Source: Escherichia phage vB_EcoM-Ro111lw
Sequence record: MH571750.1
Direction: 5' to 3' (one strand)
Length of the DNA stretch: 64,000 nt
A model generated the notes under the pieces. It was not told the DNA's origin. It ran no database searches and saw only the letters and a list, made by a program, of their open reading frames with translations. Positions 34,020-44,009 of this stretch are shown in pieces. The stretch's first letter is position 1; the number at the start of each line of letters is the position of its first letter. Position numbers and translations under genes: made by a program.

Positions 34020-34506
34020 AGGATTTGGCAATTGTCCCACCTATGGTCATTGGGTATCTTTGTGTGGGGAAGTTGACCCCACTAAACATTTTGGTTTTGT
34101 CTATTTAGTATACTGTAAGAAAACCGGACAATACTATATCGGAAAGAAACAACTTAATAGTGTGACCAAAAGAAAAGTTGCTGGCAAGACTCGGAAGAAG
34201 GTAGTCACTAAGGAAAGTGATTGGATGACTTATGAGACTTCTTCTGAGTATATTAAAAAAGATATTGAGAGCTTTGGAAAAGAATTTTTTGACTTTTACA
34301 TTATTCAAACCTACCACACAAAAGGTGGTCTAGTTTATGGTGAAGCAAACCTTCAACATAAATTCGATGTAATGACAAAAAGGATTGACTCTAAGCTCAG
34401 ACTCTTCTACAATGCCAACATTGCAGCAATTAAGTTTATCACTAAAGAAACTTATGAAGATGCTGAAAAAAGAATCCATAAGGTAATGAAAGCAAACTGT
34501 GCTTGA
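34009..34506 (+). CDS. GIY-YIG domain nuclease (putative)
   Basis: FGFVYLVYCKKTGQYYIGKK matches the GIY-(10-11)-YIG spacing. Confidence 0.45.
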   Translation: MKIKGFGNCPTYGHWVSLCGEVDPTKHFGFVYLVYCKKTGQYYIGKKQLNSVTKRKVAGKTRKKVVTKESDWMTYETSSEYIKKDIESFGKEFFDFYIIQTYHTKGGLVYGEANLQHKFDVMTKRIDSKLRLFYNANIAAIKFITKETYEDAEKRIHKVMKANCA

Positions 34507-34527
34507 TAACTATTGAGAGAGAATAAA

Positions 34528-34776
34528 ATGTTTAACAAAAGTAAAGCTGTGAGTCATGTAGCAAAAGTTGACAGCAAGATTGAAGAACTTGAGCGCATTC
34601 TTGCAAATGCCAGAGAGTCAATAATTAAAGAGGTTGAAGCTGTTGAATCTCAAATGCAGCACCTAATGCTTAAACGTAAAGAGCTACGTGAGCATCTGGA
34701 ATATATTGAAACACGAGAGCTAAAGGTTAACAGATATTTTAAGGAGTCCAAATGTTTAACTCAAGAGAATCAGTAA
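34528..34776 (+). CDS. Small coiled-coil protein (start moved to ATG)
   Basis: Track start TTG; ATG 15 nt downstream with GAGAGAG RBS. Confidence 0.45.
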   Translation: MFNKSKAVSHVAKVDSKIEELERILANARESIIKEVEAVESQMQHLMLKRKELREHLEYIETRELKVNRYFKESKCLTQENQ

Positions 34777-35507
34777 AAAACTGGAATCTTCGTTGTGGAA
34801 ACACTCAAAAGCAACCTTACAGTGATGAGTATTGGGAGTCTTTGAAATCTCAATCTCTATGTATGCTTGAAGAAGCAAAAGAGCTTGTAAAAGCAATTGA
34901 AGAGAAAGACCCCATTGAGACACTTGATGCTCAGGCAGATTTGCAATATGTCCTTGACGGTTTGATTTACCTGTCACAACATGACCATAATGGTGCTATG
35001 GAAGCTGTTTGCCATAATAATGACCTGAAGTATACAGACGACTATGAAGAAGCTTTAAAGCGTCTTGCAGATATTGAGAAGCGTACTGGTCAAGAGTGTA
35101 TCATCAGAATGTCAGTAGTTGATGGTAAAGAGTGGTATGCGATTGTTCGTGCAGCCGATGGGAAGATTATGAAGCAATCAAATCTCCCTAAAGTACAGCT
35201 TGGTGAATACATTGTAGAGCTTGAAAGCCAAGAACTTTTTGTGGTAGTATCTGAGACATGCGTTATCTGCAAAGGTATTGTATGTAGCTTAAAGGATTTG
35301 GGTGTAGATGGTTTTGTAGAAGTTAATCCAATTACCTCTAAAGCAGATAAAGATTTCTGTAAAGAGAATGGACTATGGATTGCAGATATTGTCTACTATG
35401 ATGGTGAGCAGTTCCATGTAACCTCATACCCGAAACTGAATTATGATGCTAATAACCTGAAGTGCTGGTTAAAAGGGGTTGGTTATAATGGATTCACAGA
35501 ACATTAA
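34752..35507 (+). CDS. MazG-like nucleotide pyrophosphohydrolase domain protein (putative)
   Basis: N-terminal all-alpha region EEAKELVKAIEEKD...DAQADLQYVLDGLIYL resembles the MazG/HisE E..E...D..Y pattern; AAGGAG RBS. Confidence 0.35.
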   Translation: MFNSRESVKNWNLRCGNTQKQPYSDEYWESLKSQSLCMLEEAKELVKAIEEKDPIETLDAQADLQYVLDGLIYLSQHDHNGAMEAVCHNNDLKYTDDYEEALKRLADIEKRTGQECIIRMSVVDGKEWYAIVRAADGKIMKQSNLPKVQLGEYIVELESQELFVVVSETCVICKGIVCSLKDLGVDGFVEVNPITSKADKDFCKENGLWIADIVYYDGEQFHVTSYPKLNYDANNLKCWLKGVGYNGFTEH

Positions 35508-35811
35508 TAAAGAAGGTGTGGCTCAGAAGAGCCACTTCTCAAACTACAATATTTCTATGACGGTGTTTATGAATGACCCGTTACTTGAGAAGTATGGTGA
35601 GACTCCAGATACACTTCTGGATAATGAACAAGTTTTAAAAGCAGTCCTGTACAAATACGGGATTGATATTGAGAAAGAGTATTCTTTTGAAATCTGTCAA
35701 CACAGGAATACTTTTGGTAAAGTTGTAATGGCTCCACTCTTCATGGGTGTAGAAAGAACTGACTATGGTTGGTTATATCTAAAAAGAAACTTGGAGAAAT
35801 ACCGTGTCTAA
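35488..35811 (+). CDS. Hypothetical protein (start moved to ATG)
   Basis: Track start TTG; ATG 9 nt downstream. Confidence 0.45.
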   Translation: MDSQNINKEGVAQKSHFSNYNISMTVFMNDPLLEKYGETPDTLLDNEQVLKAVLYKYGIDIEKEYSFEICQHRNTFGKVVMAPLFMGVERTDYGWLYLKRNLEKYRV

Positions 35812-36136
35812 AGCAAAAAAGTTATCTTATGATGACATTATCTCAGGTGCTAAATTAGGTGTTGATAGTATCGGACAAGATGTTAAGCACGGAGACACAG
35901 TTATGTACTGTGACGACCGAAGAGGCAGAAGTGCAATCTTGTTTGGAAGAGTTGTTTGCAAGATGCGAGGTAATTACGTTGTTGAAGACATGAATGTGGA
36001 TGTCACAAAACAGCTTGAAATAATTATGAATAGTAATATATCATGGTTCGTCAATTGTATGCACACTTCGTCAGTCACAAAGGTAAGTGATAAGTTTTAC
36101 GATATGTGGCAGAATGAGCAAATTTTCAAGATTTAA
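35804..36136 (+). CDS. Hypothetical protein (GTG start)
   Basis: GTG start with GGAG 7 nt upstream; 110 aa. Confidence 0.4.
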   Translation: MSKAKKLSYDDIISGAKLGVDSIGQDVKHGDTVMYCDDRRGRSAILFGRVVCKMRGNYVVEDMNVDVTKQLEIIMNSNISWFVNCMHTSSVTKVSDKFYDMWQNEQIFKI

Positions 36137-36142
36137 ACTAGG

Positions 36143-36160
36143 GAGCCTCTTCGGAGGCTC
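36143..36160 (+). terminator. Stable stem-loop (UUCG tetraloop) before nrdA; attenuator/terminator-like
   Basis: GAGCCTC-ttcg-GAGGCTC; weak U-tract. Confidence 0.4.
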
Positions 36161-36182
36161 TTCTCATCTGTAGGATTCAAAA

Positions 36183-38417
36183 ATGATTAAGACAATTAAA
36201 AAATCAAACGGTGCAGTAGTAAGCTTTGACCCAGAAAGACTTAATAAGTGGGCATCATGGGCAGATAAGCGTGGAATTATCTGGTCAGAAGTCACTATGG
36301 AAGCTATGAAGCGTGTCTATGAAGGTTGCACTACAAAAGAGATGCACCAAGCTATGATTGATGTTTGTGTTGATAAACAAACTCAAGAGTACTCAGACAT
36401 GGCTGGACGGCTACTTCTGGGTATTATCTACAAAGAAGCCTTTGGAGGCTTTACTAAGGTTCCTACGCTGGTTACCTTCGTTAAAAATATGGAGAGAGCA
36501 GGACTTTGGGAGAAGATGGATTATTCACAGGAAGAGCTTGAATATCTGCAAGGTTACATCGTACACTCAAAAGATATCTCTTACGGCTATGCAGTATTGA
36601 AACAGTTCAGAGACAAGTATGGTATCCGTGATATTAAAACTGGAAGACTTTTTGAGTCACCACAATTTATGTTTATGGGTATGGCTATGAAAGCCTTTGA
36701 GAAGCAACCAAAGCACCGTAGACTGCAAGATGTTATTAAGCTGTACACTTACCTATCTGACCTGAAGATTAATGCTCCTACACCTTATCTGAATGGTTTA
36801 CGTGCTACTAAGTCAGGTTATGCGTCATGCTGTTTGATTAAGGCAAATGATACTGCTGAGTCACTTGGTATTGCTGCAAAGGTTGCTTATGATATGACTA
36901 CGAAGCAAGCTGGTATTGGTATGCTGATGGAGACCCGTACTATTGGTGATGGTATCCGTCAAAACACTATCGAACACATGGGTAAACTACCTTATTACAA
37001 GCTTGTACGTTCATCTGTAGAGGCAAATAAACAGAAGAGTCGTGGTGGTTCAGCTAACAACTTCTACACCGCTCTAGACCCGCAGATTGAAGATTTACTA
37101 CGTTTGAAGCACCCTACAACGGTTCCTTCTAAACGTATTAACGAGATGGACTACTCATTTGGTACAAATGATTATTTCTGGCAGTGTGTTCAGTATGATA
37201 CAGATTGGTTGCTATTCTCTTACAAAGATGCACCAAAACTTTATGATATGTTCTACACCGCATCTGCTGATGAGTTTGCTATGGCAGTTGGTCACGCAGT
37301 ACATGCAGGTGTTAAGCACAGACGAGTAAAGGCTCGTGAAATTGCTAAACTGTTTATCCAGCAGCGTTATGCAACAGGTCGTGTGTACCCATTCTTCACA
37401 AACAATGCAAACACACATACACCATTTAAAGAGCCTTTGAAGATGTCAAATCTTTGCATGGAAATTGTGTTGCCAGTGTACGGCTTTGAGAAAGAGACAG
37501 ACCTTTACAGAGACGATGCTGTGAAGGAGGATGGTGAGGTAGCTCTTTGCTTCCTAGCTAGTTTGGTTGCAGGGAGAATTTCAGAAGATGAATACGCTGA
37601 CGTTGCTTATTATGCTCTTGCAATGGTTGACTCCGTTATTGACCTTATGGATTATCCGTATCCGTCGATGCGTAACCATGTTCAGAAGCGTCGCTCTGTT
37701 GGCATTGGCCTTACAAATGTGGCTCATTACCTTGCGAAGAACTACGTGAACTACTCTTCAAGGGCTGGTAAGACAAAGCTTCACGAACTTGCAGAGATGC
37801 ACTCTTACTATCTGCATGAAGCTTCTCTAAGACTTGCTAAAGAGCGTGGTGTACCTGAATACATGAAGTTCACTAAGTACCCTGAAGGATGGGTTCCTCC
37901 GAAGACAGCTAACAAGAAGATTGATGAGAAGCATGATGCAAAACTAAGATATGATTGGGATGACTTAGCACAACGTATCAAAGAAAATGGTGGCATCCGA
38001 AACTCTGTACTTGAGGCTTATATGCCTAATGAGAGTTCTTCACTGGCAACTAATACGACAAATGGCTTGTACCCAATTCGTGACTTTATTTTAACTAAAA
38101 AGTCTGCAACTGGTAACGTACTGTTTATTGTTCCAGATTATGAAGAGTTGAAGTATGTCTATGAAATTGCTTGGGATATTGACACCTTTGACCTGATTGA
38201 TTGTTATGCAATTGTCCAAAAGTTCACTGGTCAAGCTATCTCTTCAGATTTCTATGTTGACTACGCAAAAGCTAAGAAGGTATCATTGGCTCAAGCTTTA
38301 AAATACATGATTTACGCTAACTCGGTAGGTATGAAAACCATGTACTACCTTAACAGTCGCATCGGTGTAGGTAAGTCTGCACTGCAAGATGCCTATTGCG
38401 AGGGTTGTGGTGTTTAG
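36183..38417 (+). CDS. nrdA: Ribonucleotide reductase class Ia large subunit
   Basis: N-terminal ATP-cone; active-site block NLCMEIVLP; C-terminal CEGCGV redox tail; 744 aa. Confidence 0.9.
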   Translation: MIKTIKKSNGAVVSFDPERLNKWASWADKRGIIWSEVTMEAMKRVYEGCTTKEMHQAMIDVCVDKQTQEYSDMAGRLLLGIIYKEAFGGFTKVPTLVTFVKNMERAGLWEKMDYSQEELEYLQGYIVHSKDISYGYAVLKQFRDKYGIRDIKTGRLFESPQFMFMGMAMKAFEKQPKHRRLQDVIKLYTYLSDLKINAPTPYLNGLRATKSGYASCCLIKANDTAESLGIAAKVAYDMTTKQAGIGMLMETRTIGDGIRQNTIEHMGKLPYYKLVRSSVEANKQKSRGGSANNFYTALDPQIEDLLRLKHPTTVPSKRINEMDYSFGTNDYFWQCVQYDTDWLLFSYKDAPKLYDMFYTASADEFAMAVGHAVHAGVKHRRVKAREIAKLFIQQRYATGRVYPFFTNNANTHTPFKEPLKMSNLCMEIVLPVYGFEKETDLYRDDAVKEDGEVALCFLASLVAGRISEDEYADVAYYALAMVDSVIDLMDYPYPSMRNHVQKRRSVGIGLTNVAHYLAKNYVNYSSRAGKTKLHELAEMHSYYLHEASLRLAKERGVPEYMKFTKYPEGWVPPKTANKKIDEKHDAKLRYDWDDLAQRIKENGGIRNSVLEAYMPNESSSLATNTTNGLYPIRDFILTKKSATGNVLFIVPDYEELKYVYEIAWDIDTFDLIDCYAIVQKFTGQAISSDFYVDYAKAKKVSLAQALKYMIYANSVGMKTMYYLNSRIGVGKSALQDAYCEGCGV

Positions 38418-38430
38418 TTTTAATAACTAT

Positions 38431-38450
38431 GAGGGTCGTAAAAGACCCTC
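38431..38450 (+). terminator. Stem-loop between nrdA and downstream ORF
   Basis: GAGGGTC-gtaaaa-GACCCTC; no strong T-run. Confidence 0.35.
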
Positions 38451-38472
38451 TAAAATTAACTTTGGAGAGACT

Positions 38473-38730
38473 ATGAAAGATTTAATAGCAAACCATGAAT
38501 GGCCTATATACTTGCTCCACAAACCTCGAAAAACGCTGTACTATGTGAGTAGCACAGACATGATGATAAAACAAAATGATGACTCATGGGTCGATGGCGT
38601 CTCTTACATCTCTACAGCAGATGGTAAAATCTATGCAAGACCTTATGACATGTTTAATAAAGAAAATTGGGAAGTTTTAGACAGAAAACAAGCCTTAGAG
38701 ATGATAAAGAAAGGAGAAATCACATTATGA
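38473..38730 (+). CDS. Hypothetical protein between nrdA and nrdB (start moved to ATG after GGAGAG)
   Basis: Track start overlaps nrdA by 29 nt; internal ATG has an RBS. Confidence 0.45.
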   Translation: MKDLIANHEWPIYLLHKPRKTLYYVSSTDMMIKQNDDSWVDGVSYISTADGKIYARPYDMFNKENWEVLDRKQALEMIKKGEITL

Positions 38731-39800
38731 TTAACCAACACCCAATCTTTTTAGGTGGTGAGAGAAAGACATTTGACTCACTTAACAAGCACTACCCAAA
38801 AATCTTTGAGCTATATAAACAACAAAAAGCGCAAGACTGGTCAGAAGATGAGTTCCCTTTTGAACAATCACGTCTTGATTTTGAGAGTGTGCCAGCATCA
38901 ATGTCAGGTGTAATGCTTGAGATTCTTAAGTGGCAGTGGGAAGCAGATACCCAAGTTGCTAAGAGTTTAGCGTTTGCTTTTGCACCATTCATCTCTGATG
39001 ACATTTATGCAACTGCAATTATGAAGCAGTCTGAGATTGAAAACTTACATGCTCTGACTTACTCAGAGATTGTAAGGCAATGTATTAAAAACCCTGAAAC
39101 AATCTTAGATGAGATTAACCAGAATGTTGCTGTACAAGACCGATTAAAAACTGTGAATCGTGTTCTTGAAGAATTACTGGATGAAGGTATAAACTATCGG
39201 CTGAGCTATGTTCGTGACTCACTTCTGGACAAAGACCCTTTACACTTCCATAAAGTGATTCTGAAAGGGTTGTTTGCAGTGACTGCACTTGAAGGTATAT
39301 CTTTTATGGCATCCTTTGCATGTACTTTTGCACTTGATGCTCAAGATAAATTTCAGGGTATTGCTCAAGCTGTCCAGAAAATTATGCTTGATGAAATCCT
39401 TCACACTAAAATTGATATTGAAGTTTTAAAAGAAACTTTAAGAGATGATGAGTGGCAGAAAGCTTTTCAACAAATTCTTCCAGAGATTAAAGTAATCTTA
39501 GATGAAGTAGTTGAAAGTGAAGAGAAATGGTCGTATTATATCTTCTCCGAAGGACGTGCTGTAGTTGGCTTAAATACAAAGCTTCTTCATGAGTGGGTTT
39601 ACTATAATGCTGCCCCATTGTATGATATGTTTGGCATTCCCAGAGATTTTGTAGCTCCTAAAGAACCACCTTTGAAGTACATGATTAAGAAGATGGAAAT
39701 TGATAAAGAGCAGAATGCTAATCAGGAGCAACAGAACGGTGCGTACCTGTTGAATACTGTTGTAGATGATTTGAATAGTGGATTTTTAGAGGTTCCTTAA
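38727..39800 (+). CDS. nrdB: Ribonucleotide reductase class Ia small subunit (start set to MINQHPIF ATG)
   Basis: Di-iron/tyrosyl-radical R2-like helices; AAGGAG RBS 7 nt before ATG; follows nrdA. Confidence 0.85.
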   Translation: MINQHPIFLGGERKTFDSLNKHYPKIFELYKQQKAQDWSEDEFPFEQSRLDFESVPASMSGVMLEILKWQWEADTQVAKSLAFAFAPFISDDIYATAIMKQSEIENLHALTYSEIVRQCIKNPETILDEINQNVAVQDRLKTVNRVLEELLDEGINYRLSYVRDSLLDKDPLHFHKVILKGLFAVTALEGISFMASFACTFALDAQDKFQGIAQAVQKIMLDEILHTKIDIEVLKETLRDDEWQKAFQQILPEIKVILDEVVESEEKWSYYIFSEGRAVVGLNTKLLHEWVYYNAAPLYDMFGIPRDFVAPKEPPLKYMIKKMEIDKEQNANQEQQNGAYLLNTVVDDLNSGFLEVP

Positions 39801-40042
39801 TGACTTATGTAATTTACTCCAAAACTGGATGCCCTCAGTGTGAGACTGCAAAGAATTTTGCAAAAGCTCGCGGTATTGACCATGTTGTGAGAATGTTAGG
39901 GCAGGACTATGAGCTATCAGACCTTATGGATATTGCACAGATGCCAGTTCGTCAGATGCCATTCATCATGAAAACTGATGGACAAAATCTAAAACCTGTT
40001 GGGACGCTACAGAATTTTATGGCAGAGGTGAATAATGCTTAA
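39800..40042 (+). CDS. Glutaredoxin (NrdC/NrdH-like redoxin)
   Basis: CPQC active site at residues 11-14 in an 80-aa protein; coupled to nrdB. Confidence 0.7.
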   Translation: MTYVIYSKTGCPQCETAKNFAKARGIDHVVRMLGQDYELSDLMDIAQMPVRQMPFIMKTDGQNLKPVGTLQNFMAEVNNA

Positions 40043-40241
40043 ACGCCTTTGGGAAGGTTTGGTTGTTGATGCACCAGCCATTGTGATTGGTATGCTTGTT
40101 GTTAACCTATTTACTGATTTTGAACAAGGTTCATTGTTTGGAGCCATGCTATTATGGGTTATCTTTGAAATATTAGAGATACAGCTAGGCATCACTGAAA
40201 AACTAAGAAAACTCGTTTCGAAGTTTTCTAAAAAGATTTAA
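40035..40241 (+). CDS. Small membrane protein
   Basis: 68 aa, two hydrophobic segments. Confidence 0.45.
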   Translation: MLKRLWEGLVVDAPAIVIGMLVVNLFTDFEQGSLFGAMLLWVIFEILEIQLGITEKLRKLVSKFSKKI

Positions 40242-40248
40242 AATGAAA

Positions 40249-40270
40249 GGGTCTCTTCGGAGACCTTTTT
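40249..40270 (+). terminator. Rho-independent terminator before nrdD
   Basis: GGTCTC-ttcg-GAGACC followed by TTTTT. Confidence 0.6.
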
Positions 40271-40289
40271 AGCATGTAAAGGGGCAATA

Positions 40290-42434
40290 ATGAACAAAGT
40301 ACAGATTATTAAAAAGAATGGCTCACTTGAAGAACCTGATATCAAAAAAGTTTTAGCGGCAGTAACAAAGTCAGCTAACAGGGTTGGATATAAAGAACTT
40401 CCACCAGATGTTACCCAAGCTCTTGAGTCAGCATTTATGAGGATTCTGGTAAAGTCCACTAAGCAGAATAATTTGCTCATTTCAGTAAATGATATTCACA
40501 GTATTGTTGAGGGTGCTTTGGCAGAAGCCAATCACGAGATTTATGAGTCTTACTCAACATATAGAAATTATCGTAAAGAGGTTGCTCAAAATTGGGATGA
40601 GCTTTACCAAAAGACTAGAGACACACTCTTCTTAGGTGACCGTGAAAATGCTAACTTTGACAGCAGTTTAATTTCTACAAAAGGTTCAATTATTCGTGGT
40701 TACCTGACTAAAGAAATCTTTAAACAGTACCATTTAACACCAGAGGAACTTGAAGCCATTGAAAAAGGGTTTATCTACATCCATGACTTAAGAGACCTGA
40801 TTTTTGGTGGTATCAACTGTTGCCTGTTTGACATTGGTAAAGTGCTGAAGGGTGGCTTTGAAATGTCTGGCATCGAATACTGTGAACCAAAGTCTGTGCT
40901 GTCAGCCTTACAGGTTATCGGTGATGTAGTTCTTTCAGCAACTGCACAGCAATTTGGTGGCTTTACTTTAGCAGAGATTGATAAGGTGCTTGTACCGTAT
41001 GCTAAGAAGTCTCTACGTTATCATGCTGAGAAAGCAGCATCTTACGGTATTCCTAAAGAACATTACCATAATTATGTCATGGAGCAGCTACAGATTGAAT
41101 TAACTCAAGGTTTCCAGTCACTTGAAATGAAGCTAAACACTGTACCTTGCAGCCGTGGTGATTTCGCATTCACAACTTTAACATTTGGTTTACTTGACTC
41201 AGATATGACTAATGAAGACAACCGATTACAATACATGATTGCAAGTACTCTCCTAGATGTTCGTATGAATGGACAAGGGAAGAGCAAGAAGCCTGTTGTA
41301 TTTCCTAAACTGGTTTATATTTATGACCAGAAGAGACACGATGAGAATATCTGTCAAGGACACCTGTACAGTAAAGCCATTGAGTGTTGCTCTAAAGCAA
41401 TGTATCCAGATTTCTTAAGTGTATCTGGTCATGGTGCTGTAGCAGAGGCTTTTGAGCGTTCTGGTAAGGTTATTTCACCGATGGGTTGTAGAGCCTTCTT
41501 ATCTCCATATTTTAACGAGAATGGAGAAGAGTTCTATGTTGGTCGTGCTAATATTGGTGCTGTATCTTTGAACTTACCAATGATTTATCAGTACGCCAAA
41601 GAGGATGGTTTAGATTTCTGGAAAGAGCTTGATAAGTACCTAGAGATGATTCGCAGCTTCCACAAGAAACGCTACGAAATGATTGCTAATATGCCAGCAA
41701 GTTCTAACCCTCTTGCATTCACACAAGGTGGTCTGTACAAAGGAACTAAGAAACCTACTGACAAGGTTGGTTGGGATATTGTGAAGTCCTTCACAGCTTC
41801 TTTTGGGGTTACTGCGCTTGATGAGCTATCTGTTCTTGCTGAAGGTAAACGACTTCATGAAGTTGGAAGCTGTAGTTTTGCATACGATGTTCTGGCATAC
41901 ATCAACATGAAAACTGAAGAGTTTAAAAATGAAGATGGCTTCTTATATGCCGTCTATGGTACTCCAGCAGAATCACTTTGCGGAACTCAGCTAAAACAGT
42001 TCAGAGATATGTTTGGCGTTATCAAAGGTGTTTCTGATAAGGAATACTTTACAAACAGTTTCCATATGAATGTTGCAGCAGACATCTCACCATTTGAGAA
42101 GCAGGACTTAGAAGAGCCATTCTTCCATATCTGTAGAGGTGGGAGAATCCAGTATGTCAGGGTAGCTAACCCAGAAAACTTAACAGCACTTAAAAGTTGT
42201 ATCACAAGAGGGATGTTGAAAGGTTTCTATCAGGGGCTTAACTTTGACTTAGCAATCTGTGAACATTGTGGTAACAGACCAAAGGCTGATGTTGAAGAAT
42301 GCGAGGTTTGCCATTCACATGATATCTCTGTGATTAACAGGGTGTGTGGGTATCTTGGATGGACTAAGATTAAAGGTGAATCCCGAATGAACGATGCAAA
42401 AATCGCTGAGATTCGTGATAGAGTATCTATGTAA
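40290..42434 (+). CDS. nrdD: Anaerobic ribonucleoside-triphosphate reductase (class III)
   Basis: N-terminal ATP-cone, C-terminal glycyl-radical motif RVCGYLG preceded by a Cys-rich zinc site (CEHCG...CEVC); 714 aa. Confidence 0.85.
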   Translation: MNKVQIIKKNGSLEEPDIKKVLAAVTKSANRVGYKELPPDVTQALESAFMRILVKSTKQNNLLISVNDIHSIVEGALAEANHEIYESYSTYRNYRKEVAQNWDELYQKTRDTLFLGDRENANFDSSLISTKGSIIRGYLTKEIFKQYHLTPEELEAIEKGFIYIHDLRDLIFGGINCCLFDIGKVLKGGFEMSGIEYCEPKSVLSALQVIGDVVLSATAQQFGGFTLAEIDKVLVPYAKKSLRYHAEKAASYGIPKEHYHNYVMEQLQIELTQGFQSLEMKLNTVPCSRGDFAFTTLTFGLLDSDMTNEDNRLQYMIASTLLDVRMNGQGKSKKPVVFPKLVYIYDQKRHDENICQGHLYSKAIECCSKAMYPDFLSVSGHGAVAEAFERSGKVISPMGCRAFLSPYFNENGEEFYVGRANIGAVSLNLPMIYQYAKEDGLDFWKELDKYLEMIRSFHKKRYEMIANMPASSNPLAFTQGGLYKGTKKPTDKVGWDIVKSFTASFGVTALDELSVLAEGKRLHEVGSCSFAYDVLAYINMKTEEFKNEDGFLYAVYGTPAESLCGTQLKQFRDMFGVIKGVSDKEYFTNSFHMNVAADISPFEKQDLEEPFFHICRGGRIQYVRVANPENLTALKSCITRGMLKGFYQGLNFDLAICEHCGNRPKADVEECEVCHSHDISVINRVCGYLGWTKIKGESRMNDAKIAEIRDRVSM

Positions 42435-42442
42435 AACTTGAC

Positions 42443-42482
42443 AAGGTGACGTGGGTCTTGATAGGCTTACATCACCTTTTTT
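42443..42482 (+). terminator. Terminator after nrdD
   Basis: AAGGTGA...TCACCTT stem with long loop, followed by TTTTTT. Confidence 0.45.
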
Positions 42483-42496
42483 ATTGGATGTTAGAT

Positions 42497-42613
42497 ATGG
42501 CAGAGAGTATTATTGGGTTGTTCATAGGTTCTGTCTTACTAGGGTTCTTTTTAGGACTCTCTTATTGTGAATTGAAAGGTAAGTTAAAATGTTTAAGATA
42601 TCAAAAGCGTTGA
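42497..42613 (+). CDS. Possible 38-aa hydrophobic peptide (not in ORF track)
   Basis: ATG ORF encoding MAESIIGLFIGSVLLGFFLGLSYCELKGKLKCLRYQKR; overlaps next ORF in another frame. Confidence 0.2.
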   Translation: MAESIIGLFIGSVLLGFFLGLSYCELKGKLKCLRYQKR

Positions 42614-42789
42614 TATACATACTCCATATTCTAGTCTTCTTCTTTGGGGTTAGTGTTATGGTATGGGGTTTTTCAGACCCACAATGGAGTTTCTCATATC
42701 ATGGTCAGATGGATTTATGGTCATGCTTCAAACCATTTTTAGGGTTAGTCATAGCATTCAGTGCATTACCAACTAAGGTGAAATTATGA
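42589..42789 (+). CDS. Small membrane protein
   Basis: 66 aa with two hydrophobic helices. Confidence 0.45.
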   Translation: MFKISKALIYILHILVFFFGVSVMVWGFSDPQWSFSYHGQMDLWSCFKPFLGLVIAFSALPTKVKL

Positions 42790-43181
42790 TTAAGTTGAGT
42801 CAAAAACAGTTAGAGTGGATTAAAGATTATGCCTCAGAGTGTGGCTCTTGTGAAAAGAATCACGTAAGATACTCAACATTCCACACGGTCTTCACATTGT
42901 ATATCGGTGACAATGTTCTAAGTGATTCTGTAGAAGATGGTGTAGCATTGCCTAATGAATTGCTTGACAAATTAGCTGTAGTCACTGGAACTTGGTCTGA
43001 AGAAGATGGTCACGAACTATCTGATGATGTTGTCTTCTACAGTCTTGAAAACATCATGAATCCAGAGTACATTATGCTAATGACTTGTGCACAAGATTGT
43101 GTACCATTACAAAACTTCATTAAAGAGCACTGTGAAGAATTTATTACTAAACAGGTTCCTTGTCAGGTGGTGTTTGAATGA
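42786..43181 (+). CDS. Cys-rich hypothetical protein
   Basis: 131 aa, coupled start. Confidence 0.5.
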   Translation: MIKLSQKQLEWIKDYASECGSCEKNHVRYSTFHTVFTLYIGDNVLSDSVEDGVALPNELLDKLAVVTGTWSEEDGHELSDDVVFYSLENIMNPEYIMLMTCAQDCVPLQNFIKEHCEEFITKQVPCQVVFE

Positions 43182-43240
43182 GTAAAACAATTCGAAGAAA
43201 AGGTTTAAAGAACGTTTATATTTATTGGTGAGGTAACTAG

Positions 43241-43726
43241 ATGAATTACATGGAGATTAGGCCATTTGACACAGCTAATGGTGAAGGGGTTCGTGTAAGC
43301 CTCTTCGTAGCTGGTTGTAAGCATCACTGCGAAGGCTGCTTTAACAGGGAGTCTTGGAAGTTTAATGCTGGTAAAGTATTTACTTATGCAAACCTCTACG
43401 GAATCATCCAGCTAATGGGTGATAATGCTGTCAGTGGTTTGTCAATACTTGGTGGAGAACCTCTGGATGATAGAAATATTCAAGAGGTTACCAACATATG
43501 CAAACGTATTAAAACTGTTTATCCAGAGAAGTCTATCTGGCTCTGGACAGGTTTTCAACTGCACGAAAAAATCCACTTAGATGTGATGAAATATGTTGAC
43601 GTGGTGATTGATGGTAAGTATGATGCTTCTAAACCAACGAATAAACCATATCGTGGTTCAGACAACCAAAACTTGTGGAGAAAAGAATATGGCTGGCAAG
43701 GTGACTGTCAATGGAGAGCAGAGTAG
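43241..43726 (+). CDS. nrdG: Anaerobic RNR activating enzyme (radical SAM)
   Basis: CKHHCEGC = CxxxCxxC radical-SAM cluster motif near N-terminus; 161 aa; downstream of nrdD. Confidence 0.8.
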   Translation: MNYMEIRPFDTANGEGVRVSLFVAGCKHHCEGCFNRESWKFNAGKVFTYANLYGIIQLMGDNAVSGLSILGGEPLDDRNIQEVTNICKRIKTVYPEKSIWLWTGFQLHEKIHLDVMKYVDVVIDGKYDASKPTNKPYRGSDNQNLWRKEYGWQGDCQWRAE

Positions 43727-44009
43727 CGGTGGATTCAAACGCGGTGAGTTTGTTATGTCGTACTGTAACATGTCACTATTTGGTAGTTACAAAGTAAATC
43801 CAGAAACCATTGAAGAGTGGAAAGTCTATACTAAAAGTCTGTTTGACTCCACTGGTATGGAAGCATTGAAATGTATTGAGGCTGCTGGAGTATTTAAAGT
43901 AAAACACAAAGCACATTTCTCAAATTTTTACGCGACAAACTTACGTGTTGATGATAAAGTTGTCGCAGTTACTGAAGAAGAACTTCATAAGTTCTGTATT
44001 AAACTTTAA
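43689..44009 (+). CDS. Hypothetical protein (start uncertain)
   Basis: Track ORF starts at a TTG inside nrdG; first in-frame ATG at 43689. Confidence 0.35.
   Translation: MAGKVTVNGEQSSGGFKRGEFVMSYCNMSLFGSYKVNPETIEEWKVYTKSLFDSTGMEALKCIEAAGVFKVKHKAHFSNFYATNLRVDDKVVAVTEEELHKFCIKL

Noticed and set aside
42436-42466. Promoter call for TTGACA at 42438 after nrdD
   Set aside because: -35 is consensus but no acceptable -10 at 16-18 bp (ATAGGC); the hairpin plus T-tract makes a terminator the simpler reading.
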